Shown piece after piece: positions 9,797-19,066 of a DNA stretch of 64,000 bases. The notes under the pieces were generated by a model. The model worked only from the letters and a program-made list of their open reading frames with translations, was not told the DNA's origin and ran no database searches. The position numbers were made by a program, and so were the translations under genes. Where the stretch lies: IMG/VR virus record IMGVR_UViG_3300042549_008416; one strand, given 5' to 3'. Source of the stretch: an uncultured virus (IMG/VR IMGVR_UViG_3300042549_008416) (lineage: Duplodnaviria; Heunggongvirae; Uroviricota; Caudoviricetes). How positions within the stretch are numbered: the first letter of the stretch is position 1; each line of letters begins with the position of its first letter.

Positions 9797-10419
9797 GTAT
9801 AGGCATACCAACATTGAATAGGTTTGACTTGTTAGAGCCAAATCTTTTACTATATGCAAGAGACTTCAATCTTGAAGCAGGTAGAACGCCATTCTATATT
9901 CTAAACAATGGAGAACAAGATGTACACTTCAATTACGCCAAGATACTGAATTTTGAAAATAATATAGGAGTGGCAAAATCTTGGAATACAATGTGCGACA
10001 GAATTTTCTATCAAGATAACTGCGATTACGCATTAATACTCAATGATGACATTTATCTTGGAAAGAAGATGTTAGACATAATCGAAATAATTTCTAAATA
10101 TCCAGATAAGTTCATCAGGTCTTTTGCTGACTGGTCAATATTTATATTACCTAAAAGTGTATACGAGAAAGTAGGAAAATTTGACGAGTGCTTTTATCCT
10201 GCATACTATGAGGACAAATCATACGAGTATAGAATGAAACTTATGGGAGTTCCTATGATAAAGCGACCTGAACTTAATCCATATGTATATGAAAGCTCAA
10301 AGACTATCGAAAAGGATTATTCTATATTCGAGGCAAGTAAGAAGAATAAGCAGAAGTATATAGAAATGTGGGGCGGAGAGCCAGAAAGAGAAAAATTTAA
10401 AACACCATACAATGAGTAA
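9766..10419 (+). CDS. glycosyltransferase family 2-like
   Basis: IGIPTLNR, NIGVAKSWN, LNDD, VGKFDECFYPAYYED. Confidence 0.85.
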   Translation: MERHTQNPTIGIGIPTLNRFDLLEPNLLLYARDFNLEAGRTPFYILNNGEQDVHFNYAKILNFENNIGVAKSWNTMCDRIFYQDNCDYALILNDDIYLGKKMLDIIEIISKYPDKFIRSFADWSIFILPKSVYEKVGKFDECFYPAYYEDKSYEYRMKLMGVPMIKRPELNPYVYESSKTIEKDYSIFEASKKNKQKYIEMWGGEPEREKFKTPYNE

Positions 10420-10618
10420 GTTCGTATCGTACAATGAGTCAATCGTAAACTTAGACAGGGTTTCATTAATTTCCTGTGATGACGGCTATATACATTTCTA
10501 TTGCATACAAATGGCTGACCTTTTAGAATCTTGGCATTTTAAAGATGAAGAGACAGCATTAGAGGCTTGGGAATTACTAAAAACTAAGTTAGGAACTATA
10601 AATGTAGAACCACTATGA
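10412..10618 (+). CDS. hypothetical protein
   Basis: Packed ORF. Confidence 0.65.
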   Translation: MSKFVSYNESIVNLDRVSLISCDDGYIHFYCIQMADLLESWHFKDEETALEAWELLKTKLGTINVEPL

Positions 10619-10620
10619 AT

Positions 10621-10653
10621 TTAGAAAATAATATAGGTTACGAAAAATAATAT
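10621..10653 (+). promoter_or_regulatory. repeated intergenic motif TTAGAAAATAATAT (tandem pair)
   Basis: Same motif at 10977, 12753, 13244; variant at 17646. Confidence 0.6.
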
Positions 10654-10656
10654 CTT

Positions 10657-10980
10657 ATGTATGTAGCAAAAATTTTAGTTGAGCAGGTAATAAAATTATT
10701 CATAGATAGTCCTGAGCATAGAGATGATAAATATATTACGATTGAATATATAGTTAAGACTCACTATAAAAAAGATTATGGTAAATCTATTGCAACTGAT
10801 TTTAAACTTATGTCTGATATAGATAGAGCATTTAGATATATTCAGCAATATGAACCTACACTTCGTGGAAAGGATTGGTTAAAGAGACAAAGGCAAGGAG
10901 GCGAAATATCAAAAACACAATATGAAAAACTAATGGATAATGAAATAGAGGAATTAGTAAAACAATTAAAACTATTTTAG
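10657..10980 (+). CDS. hypothetical protein
   Basis: ORF between two motif copies. Confidence 0.7.
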   Translation: MYVAKILVEQVIKLFIDSPEHRDDKYITIEYIVKTHYKKDYGKSIATDFKLMSDIDRAFRYIQQYEPTLRGKDWLKRQRQGGEISKTQYEKLMDNEIEELVKQLKLF

Positions 10981-11018
10981 AAAATAATATAGGTTTTAGA
11001 AAATAACAGATATATTTG
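10977..11018 (+). promoter_or_regulatory. tandem TTAGAAAATAA motif followed by a -7 box (TATATTTG)
   Basis: 10977-10995 is identical to 10621-10639; TAnnTTTG at 11011-11018. Confidence 0.65.
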
Positions 11019-11039
11019 TAAAAATTAAAAAAAGAAAAA

Positions 11040-11609
11040 ATGCAAAAGTACTTTGATGCAACCGTACAAGTTAGAGTAGAGACTCAAGACGGAAAGGGTA
11101 ATGTGAAATTCAAAAAAATTAAAAAGAACTATCTGGTAGACTCTTTGACGGTTACAGAAGCCGAAGCAAGAGTTGTAAAGGTATTTGAACAAATGGGCGG
11201 AGTTCAGGAGTTTGATGTATTAGGAGTTACTGGTAGTAGAGTAATGGATGCTATCCTTGTAGATGGCGATACAACAGAAGATGTATCATTCTATGAAGTA
11301 GTATCTGAAATCAAATTAGAAAGCTCAGGTGCTGATGATAGTATCAAGGTTAAGAAGATTAAGGAAACATTCCTTGTAGAAGCAAAGGATATTTATGATG
11401 CTAAGCAGGCTGTAGATAAATTATATAGAAAGGGTGTAGGTATCTCAAGCGACTATGAAGTTGTTCTTATTAAGAAAAGCCGTATTGTAGAGGTAATCAG
11501 TCAAGATACTCAAGACCTAAAAGAATTACCAGAAGGTAAGTGGCTAACTAAAAAAGTTGAGAAAGAAGATACTGAAGATATTCAAGACGAAGATTTAACA
11601 GAAGCGTAA
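11040..11609 (+). CDS. DUF4494-like protein (two tandem domains)
   Basis: KKIKKNYLVDSLTVTEAEARV and KKIKETFLVEAKDIYDA repeats. Confidence 0.75.
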   Translation: MQKYFDATVQVRVETQDGKGNVKFKKIKKNYLVDSLTVTEAEARVVKVFEQMGGVQEFDVLGVTGSRVMDAILVDGDTTEDVSFYEVVSEIKLESSGADDSIKVKKIKETFLVEAKDIYDAKQAVDKLYRKGVGISSDYEVVLIKKSRIVEVISQDTQDLKELPEGKWLTKKVEKEDTEDIQDEDLTEA

Positions 11610-11620
11610 AAATAAAATAT

Positions 11621-11932
11621 ATGATAAAAATTAGCGGAAAAATTAAAAGAGTATTTGATTCTGAAACCTTTGGTACAGATAAACCCTTTGAAAAGAGAAA
11701 CTTTTGGTTAGAGGATATTTCAGATAAATACCCAAACACTTGGCAACTTGAATTATGGAAACAGGATTGTCCTATGATTGATAGCTATAAGGCAGGAGAC
11801 TTCGTTACAGCATATATTGATATAAAGGGCAAGTACTGGGAAAAGAATGGTAAGGAAGGAGTAATGAATACCCTAAAATGCTGGAACATAGAAAAAGACG
11901 GAAAGCCCTATAAAGAAATTAATAACGGATAG
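11621..11932 (+). CDS. DUF3127-family SSB-like protein
   Basis: KISGKIK...FEKRNF...DKYP...IDIKGKYW...NTLKCWNI. Confidence 0.85.
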   Translation: MIKISGKIKRVFDSETFGTDKPFEKRNFWLEDISDKYPNTWQLELWKQDCPMIDSYKAGDFVTAYIDIKGKYWEKNGKEGVMNTLKCWNIEKDGKPYKEINNG

Positions 11933-12076
11933 TTGAAAAGGGCTATTAATATATTACGATTTATAATAATTGGTATTCCACTATTTTTAATCGTATATAT
12001 TTCAATAGAAATAATCTATGCTTTTAAGTTAATCTATGAAAGGTATATTAAAAAGAACGGCAGGCACAGGCAGTAA
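11933..12076 (+). CDS. small membrane protein (47 aa, not in ORF track)
   Basis: TTG start right after the upstream stop; MKRAINILRFIIIGIPLFLIVYISIEIIYAFKLIYERYIKKNGRHRQ. Confidence 0.5.
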   Translation: MKRAINILRFIIIGIPLFLIVYISIEIIYAFKLIYERYIKKNGRHRQ

Positions 12077-12323
12077 TTATTGGATTGTAACCTTTCCTCT
12101 AGGTACAGACTATAAGTATTCAAATGGCCAAACATCAGACGATGGGTTAATATTTGTTTTAGATAGAACAAATCTTGATAGAGCTGCAAGTAGTCTTATG
12201 GTTTGTATAGAAGATGAAGCTACTCTGACAAACGAAGATTATGATACAGTTGTCGAGTTTGACATTGTAGAAAAGAAATGGGAAAACGGTTCAACCTACA
12301 GAGAGGCTAAAATTATAAAATAA
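12036..12323 (+). CDS. hypothetical protein
   Basis: Packed ORF. Confidence 0.65.
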   Translation: MKGILKRTAGTGSNYWIVTFPLGTDYKYSNGQTSDDGLIFVLDRTNLDRAASSLMVCIEDEATLTNEDYDTVVEFDIVEKKWENGSTYREAKIIK

Positions 12324-12331
12324 TATCTTGT

Positions 12332-12392
12332 TGGGGTGGGTCTCCTAAAGAGACATATTGGATTGGCCAATTCATTATGTCAGCCCACCCTA
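12332..12392 (+). ncRNA. candidate structured RNA upstream of the tRNA
   Basis: GGGTGGG/CCCACCC closing stem with inner GACATA/TATGTC and TGGATT/AATTCA stems. Confidence 0.35.
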
Positions 12393-12395
12393 CTT

Positions 12396-12466
12396 TGGAA
12401 ATTGGTGTAAGGGTAGCACAAGAGTTTTTGGTTCTCTTAGTATAGGTTCGAATCCTATATTTCCAT
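12396..12466 (+). tRNA. trnQ: tRNA-Gln (anticodon TTG)
   Basis: Acceptor TGGAAAT/ATTTCCA, D-arm GTGT/GCAC, anticodon loop TT-TTG-GT, T-arm ATAGG-TTCGAAT-CCTAT; CCA not encoded. Confidence 0.9.
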
Positions 12467-12478
12467 CAAAATTAAATT

Positions 12479-12763
12479 ATGACAGAATTAGACTTCATAA
12501 CAGAGAAAGAATTATTGCAATATCATATTAGTGAAGTAATAGGAATTGCTAAAAGTCAATTTATTGAAATTGATAAAGATTATATCTTAATTAAAGACGG
12601 AGAAAAATATACTCCTGAAATAAAAATAACTGATAGTGTAAACTTAGTTATGATTACTATAAGATATAAAACGCAACCATTAACGGAGCTTTATATGACA
12701 AAGCCAAAATGGATTAAAAGAGAAAGAATGATGTATACCTTCAAAAAGGTAATTAGAAAATAA
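12479..12763 (+). CDS. hypothetical protein
   Basis: ORF after the tRNA. Confidence 0.65.
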   Translation: MTELDFITEKELLQYHISEVIGIAKSQFIEIDKDYILIKDGEKYTPEIKITDSVNLVMITIRYKTQPLTELYMTKPKWIKRERMMYTFKKVIRK

Positions 12764-12793
12764 TATTGGTTTGTAAAAATAATATAAAAGGTT

Positions 12794-13045
12794 ATGATAA
12801 CTGTAAAAGAATTTATTGAGATTACTGATACAAGTTTACGATTGAGAAATGTATTAGATGTTGACCGATACTATGATAGAGATTCAGGAATGGCAAAGAG
12901 AGATTTGAATAATAAACCAATAGACTTAGTACAACCAAATGATATTTTAAGCATAAGAAATGCAGGAATAGTAACTTGGAAGGAATTTGAAGAGCTAAGA
13001 GATAAATATATAACAGATATTATTTTGAAAAATGACAAGAAATAG
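12794..13045 (+). CDS. RNA polymerase alpha-CTD-like protein
   Basis: SLRLRNVL...IDLVQ..DILSIRNAG resembles the alpha-CTD pattern SVRSxNCL...GDLVQ...LLKxxNLG. Confidence 0.6.
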   Translation: MITVKEFIEITDTSLRLRNVLDVDRYYDRDSGMAKRDLNNKPIDLVQPNDILSIRNAGIVTWKEFEELRDKYITDIILKNDKK

Positions 13046-13247
13046 TAAAGACTGGTTCACAGAAAGAATAGGAGAACGGATATACAGAGATAGTAATGGA
13101 TGCGATTGCTCAGTATGTAAAAGTATAGCTATTCACGGATTAATAATACACGATGAACTACACGCTCAATATCTATACGATTGTCAAAATGAATTAGGTG
13201 TTATATATTACGAAACAAAAAAAGAAAAAAAAGATAGAGAAATTTAG
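13032..13247 (+). CDS. hypothetical protein with Cys cluster
   Basis: CDCSVC. Confidence 0.6.
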   Translation: MTRNSKDWFTERIGERIYRDSNGCDCSVCKSIAIHGLIIHDELHAQYLYDCQNELGVIYYETKKEKKDREI

Positions 13248-13258
13248 AAAATAATATA

Positions 13259-13906
13259 ATGGAAAATAAAAAACATTTTTTATTTACAACATACTATCAG
13301 CCTAAGTCAGAAGATAGAAAGGCAGAGTATGATTTTTGTATAGAAAAAAACAAGGTTGCTTCATTAGATAAGATATATCTATTCGTAGAAGAACAAGATT
13401 TAGAAGCTGCATTAAAATTTGGTGTTGAAGTTATTGTTACAGATAAACGACCAAACTTCAAAGACTTCTTTGATTATATAATGAAAGAGGAGTTTTCTGA
13501 TTCCTTAAATATTGTAGCTAATACAGATATATTTTTTCTCAATATGCAGCAGATAGACGGAAATTTGAGTAGGCTTCAAAAAGGTAAAAGCTGCTTAGCT
13601 CTAACCAGACACGATTTCCATTTACACAGACCAAGTGATTTGTATGATAGACCTGATAGTCAAGATACTTGGGTATTTAATGGTAATGAAGGTCTTGAAA
13701 AAATAAAATACTCTGATTTCCCTATGGGTATAGCAGGATGCGATAATAGACTTGCGTATGAGCTTCAAGAGGCAGGATTCCAAGTTTATAACCCAAGCAA
13801 AACAATACAAACTTTTCATTTACACGATATTCCTATTAGGACTTTTGTAGAGAATGTTATCGAGCGTATTCCTCCACCTTATTTACTATTACCCCCAACA
13901 GAATGA
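13259..13906 (+). CDS. putative GT-A fold glycosyltransferase
   Basis: ANTDIFF, SQDTWVF, GCDNRL, FHLH; cluster context. Confidence 0.65.
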   Translation: MENKKHFLFTTYYQPKSEDRKAEYDFCIEKNKVASLDKIYLFVEEQDLEAALKFGVEVIVTDKRPNFKDFFDYIMKEEFSDSLNIVANTDIFFLNMQQIDGNLSRLQKGKSCLALTRHDFHLHRPSDLYDRPDSQDTWVFNGNEGLEKIKYSDFPMGIAGCDNRLAYELQEAGFQVYNPSKTIQTFHLHDIPIRTFVENVIERIPPPYLLLPPTE

Positions 13907-14844
13907 AAATTTTAAGAGTTGTACTTACTGGAGAAGAGCCTCCTTACTATACTATTACGGATGCTTTCAAAAAAACATTTGATGTAGTTGATACTATTTA
14001 CTGGGATGAAATTAAAAATATTTCAGAAATGAATGGTATCGTTAGAGCAAGAGTTCAGGCTATAAAATATGATGCCGTTTTTATGCAGATACAACACCCT
14101 GCAATAATAGAGGTTGAAACAGCAAGGGTTTTGTCTCAACACGCTCTTGTTATAAATTGGACTGGAGATGTGCGTACCGATATAAGATGGTATGAAGAAA
14201 TTGCCCCTTATGTTCTAACGCTATTCACAAATATGACTGATGTAGAGAAGATGAGACAAAAAGGATTTAAAGCGGATTTTTTACAATGCGGGTATGACCA
14301 TAAGTATTATTTTCAAAAACAACAAAAAAGATTTAATACAATAGGGTTTTGTGCTAATTATTATCATCAAGCAGATTTTCCTTTAAAGCAATATAGGGTA
14401 GATGCAGTAATTGAACTTAAAAAGAACTTCCCTGAGCAATTTCATTTATATGGTAATGGATGGGAAAATATCGGTATAAAATCAGAGGGAAATGCTATTA
14501 ATGAGTGGGAGGCAAATCTATATAATGAAAGCTTACTTGCCTTGAGTGTTAGCCATTTTGATTATTCAAGATATTTTTCAGATAGGCTTCTTAGGGAAAT
14601 GGCTTGTGGTTGCTGTGTGCTATCTCATAGATTCAAAGACTGCAATCTTGAATTTACAGAAGGGAAGCATATATTGTATTGGGATAATCTAAAAGAATTA
14701 GTTGAACTTTGTCAATATTATTTTCAGCATCCAGATAAGGCTATGGCTATAGGAGAATCAGCAGCAGAATATGTAATAGAAAATTATAGCTGGGAAGTTT
14801 TTACAAAAAATTTATCAAACATTATTATAAAAAATAAAATATGA
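13903..14844 (+). CDS. CgeB-like glycosyltransferase (Glyco_trans_1_2)
   Basis: WTGD, YFSDRLLREMACG...FTEGKHI. Confidence 0.8.
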   Translation: MKILRVVLTGEEPPYYTITDAFKKTFDVVDTIYWDEIKNISEMNGIVRARVQAIKYDAVFMQIQHPAIIEVETARVLSQHALVINWTGDVRTDIRWYEEIAPYVLTLFTNMTDVEKMRQKGFKADFLQCGYDHKYYFQKQQKRFNTIGFCANYYHQADFPLKQYRVDAVIELKKNFPEQFHLYGNGWENIGIKSEGNAINEWEANLYNESLLALSVSHFDYSRYFSDRLLREMACGCCVLSHRFKDCNLEFTEGKHILYWDNLKELVELCQYYFQHPDKAMAIGESAAEYVIENYSWEVFTKNLSNIIIKNKI

Positions 14845-16088
14845 GTGCACCAATTTTAATGCCATTTCAGGATTTGCCGTTTAACGGAGATTCATTTGTA
14901 TGTAGAGAATTTTTAAAAATCAAGGAGCAGCTTGGTATCACAGTAGCTGTAGAGACGGGTAGCTGTATGTACTCCACTACGGAGTGGCTTGGAGCTAATT
15001 TCGATAGAGTTCATACCGCAGAGCTTAATGCCGATTTTGCTAAGTATGGGGTACACAAAATTTCTGGTATGTCAAATGTTCTACCAGAAATTAAAGATTC
15101 GATTGTTTTCCTTAAAGAATTGATGAATCGCTTATCAAAGGAAGACAGAGTGCTTTATTTTTTAGATGCACACTGGGGTCATCATTGTCCTTTGATGGAA
15201 GAAATAACGGCTTTACTATCAAGCCCAACTGAGTTACCGCCAGTAATTGCAATACACGACTGGTATACTGGAGATGAACGCTTGGGATGGGATGAATACA
15301 ATGGTCAGCGATTTGAGTACTCTTGGATTGAACCTAAAATAAAAGAGCTTGAAAAGGCACACGGATGCGTATACACACATTATTTTAATACAGAGTCCGA
15401 AAATGGCTTGAGAGGATTAATATATCTTATTCCCGTAAAAAGCTGGGTTTCTCAGATAGCTAACATAGAGAAGTGGAATAAGTATAGTCAAAGCGGAGAG
15501 GAAGCCTTTATAAATTTTATTTTAAATAATTTGCCTAATAAGGGAAGCCACTTAGTAGAGATTGGTGCTTGGGATGGATTTCATTTATCCAATACTAGAT
15601 TCCTAATTGAAAAAGGTTATACCCATCTTTTAATAGACGGAGATAATAGAGGTAACCAAGAGGTTAAGGAGCATTTTATTTTAGAAAATAATATTCTGGA
15701 AATTCTTGAAAAATATAATACCCCTCAAGAGTTTGATTTATTATGTATCGATATAGACGGGAACGATTTATATATTCTTGAAAAAATATTATCAAAGTAT
15801 AAACCATCATTGATAGTAGCAGAGTATAATCCTATATTCCAACCAAACGAAAGTAAGGTAATTGCTTATGATGAAAACCATAGATGGAATGATGATGACT
15901 ATTATGGATTTTCATTTTTATCAGGTCTTCGTTTAGCAGAAAAGTTTGGTTATGCCTGCGTACACGAAAACGATAGTCTGAATATGTACTTTGTCAGAAA
16001 AGACTTTTTAGATGTAGTACCTAATATATCTTATAAACCAACCAACTATCATAGAAGGTCAGAAAAACATAATTGGATTGATTATTAA
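14841..16088 (+). CDS. tandem SAM-dependent methyltransferase (two domains)
   Basis: VETGS...FLDAH domain plus YSQSGEE...VEIGAWDG..LSNTR...IDIDGND domain. Confidence 0.8.
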   Translation: MSAPILMPFQDLPFNGDSFVCREFLKIKEQLGITVAVETGSCMYSTTEWLGANFDRVHTAELNADFAKYGVHKISGMSNVLPEIKDSIVFLKELMNRLSKEDRVLYFLDAHWGHHCPLMEEITALLSSPTELPPVIAIHDWYTGDERLGWDEYNGQRFEYSWIEPKIKELEKAHGCVYTHYFNTESENGLRGLIYLIPVKSWVSQIANIEKWNKYSQSGEEAFINFILNNLPNKGSHLVEIGAWDGFHLSNTRFLIEKGYTHLLIDGDNRGNQEVKEHFILENNILEILEKYNTPQEFDLLCIDIDGNDLYILEKILSKYKPSLIVAEYNPIFQPNESKVIAYDENHRWNDDDYYGFSFLSGLRLAEKFGYACVHENDSLNMYFVRKDFLDVVPNISYKPTNYHRRSEKHNWIDY

Positions 16089-16130
16089 ATTATTCCATAA
16101 TTTGCTTTAATTTGTGTATCAAACACAGAT

Positions 16131-17624
16131 ATGCAAAAAATTAACCAAGCACTTATTGTAGTTGCTGCCTTTTTGGTGGCAGGCTGTGCTGCGTTTTTTT
16201 CAGTAACAGGACTTGGATTACTATTCAGGTCTTTTTCTGTTATGTTTATGGCTGGTTCTTTAGAATACGCTAAACTTGTAACTGCCGCCTATATAAAGAG
16301 CAGATGGTTGGAATTAGGTAAAGCATTAAGATTATATTTAGCATTTGCAGTAATTATACTAATGATTATCACATCAATGGGTATTTATGGTTTTTTATCT
16401 GATGCATTCCAAAGCCAAAGCTTGAGAATAGAGCAAGTGGACAGAGAAGTTGGATTAATTAATAAAAAGATTGACATAAACAAAGCAGAGATTACTAGAT
16501 ATGAGCAGCAGGTAAATAATATGACTCAGATAAGAAACTCTCAGGAGCAGAACTTATCAAAACTAATTGACGGCGAAAAATCAACTGGAAGAGTGTCTGG
16601 TATGATTAAGTCGGCAGATAATCAAATAACAACAAACTCCCGTAAAATAGATTCTCTAAATACGCTGAATGTAACTTTGCTACAAAACATAGATAGCGTT
16701 AAGAATAAGAACTTGGATTTAGAGAGAGAAGTGGGAGGTTTCAGGTTTATTGCTGAAACTTTTAATATTCCACTAAAACAAGCAGTCAAATGGTTTATAC
16801 TTATGATAGTATTTGTATTTGACCCATTGGCTATTGCCCTTGTTTTAGCCTACAATACAAAAAAGCACGTCTATGACGTACAAGAAGATGACGTACAGAA
16901 CGTATATGTCAATAACGTACAAGAGAAAACGAAAAGAGGGAGACTAAAAAAAATAGAAATGGACAAAGATTGGATTTTAAAGATGAAGAGCGTAGTAGGA
17001 GAAAAAAAATACGCTCAAAATGGAGAAGAGGCTAAAATAGAATATATTTTAAAAAATATTGGAAACAGCAAGTACATAGTAGACTTGGGTTCAAAAGATG
17101 GATATAACCTATCAAACACCAGATATTTTGTTGAAAATGGATATGAATGTCTTATGATTGATAGTGATTCAGAAGCTGGAGAAACAAAAGAAGTAAAGAA
17201 GCATAAATTATTTTCAGGAAATGTAATTCCACTTCTTAAAACCTATAAGTGTCCAAAGGTTTTTGATATGCTAGATATAGACCTAGATGGAACTGATTAT
17301 TGGATATTAAATAAGGTATTAGAAAATTATAGCCCTTTACTAATATTGGCTGAATTTAATGCTTCAATTCCCGTTGGAAGGTCAATAACAATTCCTAACG
17401 AGCCTGATTTTGTATGGAAAGGAGATAATTTTTTTGGATTTAGCTTTACCGCAGCAAAAAAAATAGCAGAAGAATTTGGATATACAATAGTACATCAAGA
17501 AAATAATATGAATCTTTTTATGGTAAAAAATGAATATCTGGTAAATGTAGAAGTGCCAGAAGTTCAATATGAAGAGGTTCATCATTTCAAAGAGGATGGA
17601 AGAAATGATTGGGTTGAAGTATAA
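16131..17624 (+). CDS. membrane/coiled-coil phage protein fused to a methyltransferase-like domain
   Basis: N-terminal TMs (FSVTGL...LEYAKLV...FDPLA); C-terminal half is a paralog of the 14841 C-terminal domain. Confidence 0.7.
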   Translation: MQKINQALIVVAAFLVAGCAAFFSVTGLGLLFRSFSVMFMAGSLEYAKLVTAAYIKSRWLELGKALRLYLAFAVIILMIITSMGIYGFLSDAFQSQSLRIEQVDREVGLINKKIDINKAEITRYEQQVNNMTQIRNSQEQNLSKLIDGEKSTGRVSGMIKSADNQITTNSRKIDSLNTLNVTLLQNIDSVKNKNLDLEREVGGFRFIAETFNIPLKQAVKWFILMIVFVFDPLAIALVLAYNTKKHVYDVQEDDVQNVYVNNVQEKTKRGRLKKIEMDKDWILKMKSVVGEKKYAQNGEEAKIEYILKNIGNSKYIVDLGSKDGYNLSNTRYFVENGYECLMIDSDSEAGETKEVKKHKLFSGNVIPLLKTYKCPKVFDMLDIDLDGTDYWILNKVLENYSPLLILAEFNASIPVGRSITIPNEPDFVWKGDNFFGFSFTAAKKIAEEFGYTIVHQENNMNLFMVKNEYLVNVEVPEVQYEEVHHFKEDGRNDWVEV

Positions 17625-17690
17625 ACATTTGTGGATAATTTGTTTTTGGAAATAATATAGGGTAAGTTTAATTTTATAAAAATTAGTGAA

Positions 17691-18218
17691 ATGCAAAATT
17701 TTGATTGGAGAACAGATACATACCCTATGTATATCAATTTGGAGCATAGAGAAGATAGAAAGCAGCATATTAAAGAACAACTTGAAAAGTTTGGTATTAA
17801 AGCAGACAGAGTAAGAGGTGTTTATTTTTATGAAGTAGAGGATTCTGATAATCCTAAATACAAAAAAATGGTTGACAATAATAAAAGTCAACTCGGTTGT
17901 TACACTGCACATATTAATTGTTTAGAAAGAGCTTACAAGGTTAACTCAAGTGCATTAATATTTGAAGATGATGCTATCATATGTGATGATTTTATAGAAA
18001 AAATGGATTACATACAAAATTTCTTAAATAATAATGAATGGGATATTGTATGGTTAGGAGGTTCTAAAGAAGGATATTTAGTTAATTACAATAGCATTCC
18101 TAAAATATTACATTTGCTTGAAGAAGTAGTTTATAGGTCAACTGCTATTGACCATTCATTTGTGATGATTGACCCTTTCATAAAAACATTTGCTATGGAG
18201 CAAGTAACAATAAAATAA
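17691..18218 (+). CDS. glycosyltransferase family 25-like (short)
   Basis: YINLEHREDRK, GCYTAH, LIFEDDA, WDIVWLG. Confidence 0.8.
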   Translation: MQNFDWRTDTYPMYINLEHREDRKQHIKEQLEKFGIKADRVRGVYFYEVEDSDNPKYKKMVDNNKSQLGCYTAHINCLERAYKVNSSALIFEDDAIICDDFIEKMDYIQNFLNNNEWDIVWLGGSKEGYLVNYNSIPKILHLLEEVVYRSTAIDHSFVMIDPFIKTFAMEQVTIK

Positions 18219-18223
18219 AAAAT

Positions 18224-18847
18224 ATGCTAATACCAATTGAAAAATTAGTGGAGTACCACAAACCTAAAAATGTAATTCATATCGGAGCACATCTCGGAGA
18301 AGAAGTAGATGCCTATTATAATTATGGTGTAGACCACTCTTTATGGGTAGAAGCAAACATAGATTTAATGAGACAATTACAAAGTAATATTTCTCGATAT
18401 AGAAATGCTCGTTCTATAAATGCAGTATTAATAGATAAAGATGACCAAGATGTTATTTTTAATATTTCTAACAATGGTATGAGTTCAAGTATATTAGATT
18501 TTGAATATCACAAAATTGCACATCCAGAGATTTTTTTTGTAGGAAACAGAGAAATGAAGAGCCGTACATTAAATACTATATTTGTAGAAAATAACATACC
18601 ATTTGATTTGTATGATTTTATGAACGTGGATATTCAGGGAGCAGAACTAATGATGCTTAAAGGAGCAACTGAAATATTACCACATCTTAAATGTCTCTAT
18701 CTTGAAGTAAACCAAAAAGAAGTTTACAAAGGCAGCCCAATGGTTGAAGAGCTTGATGAGTTTTTACTTCATTGGGGATTCAATAGAGTTGAAACAGAAT
18801 GGTTCGAAGAAACTGGGTGGGGAGATGCTATTTACATAAAAGATTAA
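18224..18847 (+). CDS. FkbM-family methyltransferase
   Basis: IHIGAHLGEE, VEAN, SSSIL, NVDIQGAEL, WGDAIY. Confidence 0.9.
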   Translation: MLIPIEKLVEYHKPKNVIHIGAHLGEEVDAYYNYGVDHSLWVEANIDLMRQLQSNISRYRNARSINAVLIDKDDQDVIFNISNNGMSSSILDFEYHKIAHPEIFFVGNREMKSRTLNTIFVENNIPFDLYDFMNVDIQGAELMMLKGATEILPHLKCLYLEVNQKEVYKGSPMVEELDEFLLHWGFNRVETEWFEETGWGDAIYIKD

Positions 18848-18850
18848 TAT

Positions 18851-19063
18851 ATGAATGGAATTGTATTAACTGATATAGAAGATAAAATAACTGTGATTGC
18901 ATACAAACCCTGCAACAAAGCTAATATATATAAGTCTGTTGAGCCTATAAGACAAGCTAACGAAATAATAGAAAAATTTGATAATGGAGATTATGAGATA
19001 TTTGATGAGAGTAAAATGAAAGATTATCAAAAATCAAGTCATTTGATTATTATAGAAAATTAA
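18851..19063 (+). CDS. hypothetical protein
   Basis: Packed ORF. Confidence 0.6.
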   Translation: MNGIVLTDIEDKITVIAYKPCNKANIYKSVEPIRQANEIIEKFDNGDYEIFDESKMKDYQKSSHLIIIEN

Positions 19064-19066
19064 ATT

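Noticed and set aside
17382..17912. 176-aa minus-strand ORF and similar antisense ORFs
   Set aside because: Overlap well-supported + strand genes and show no recognisable motifs
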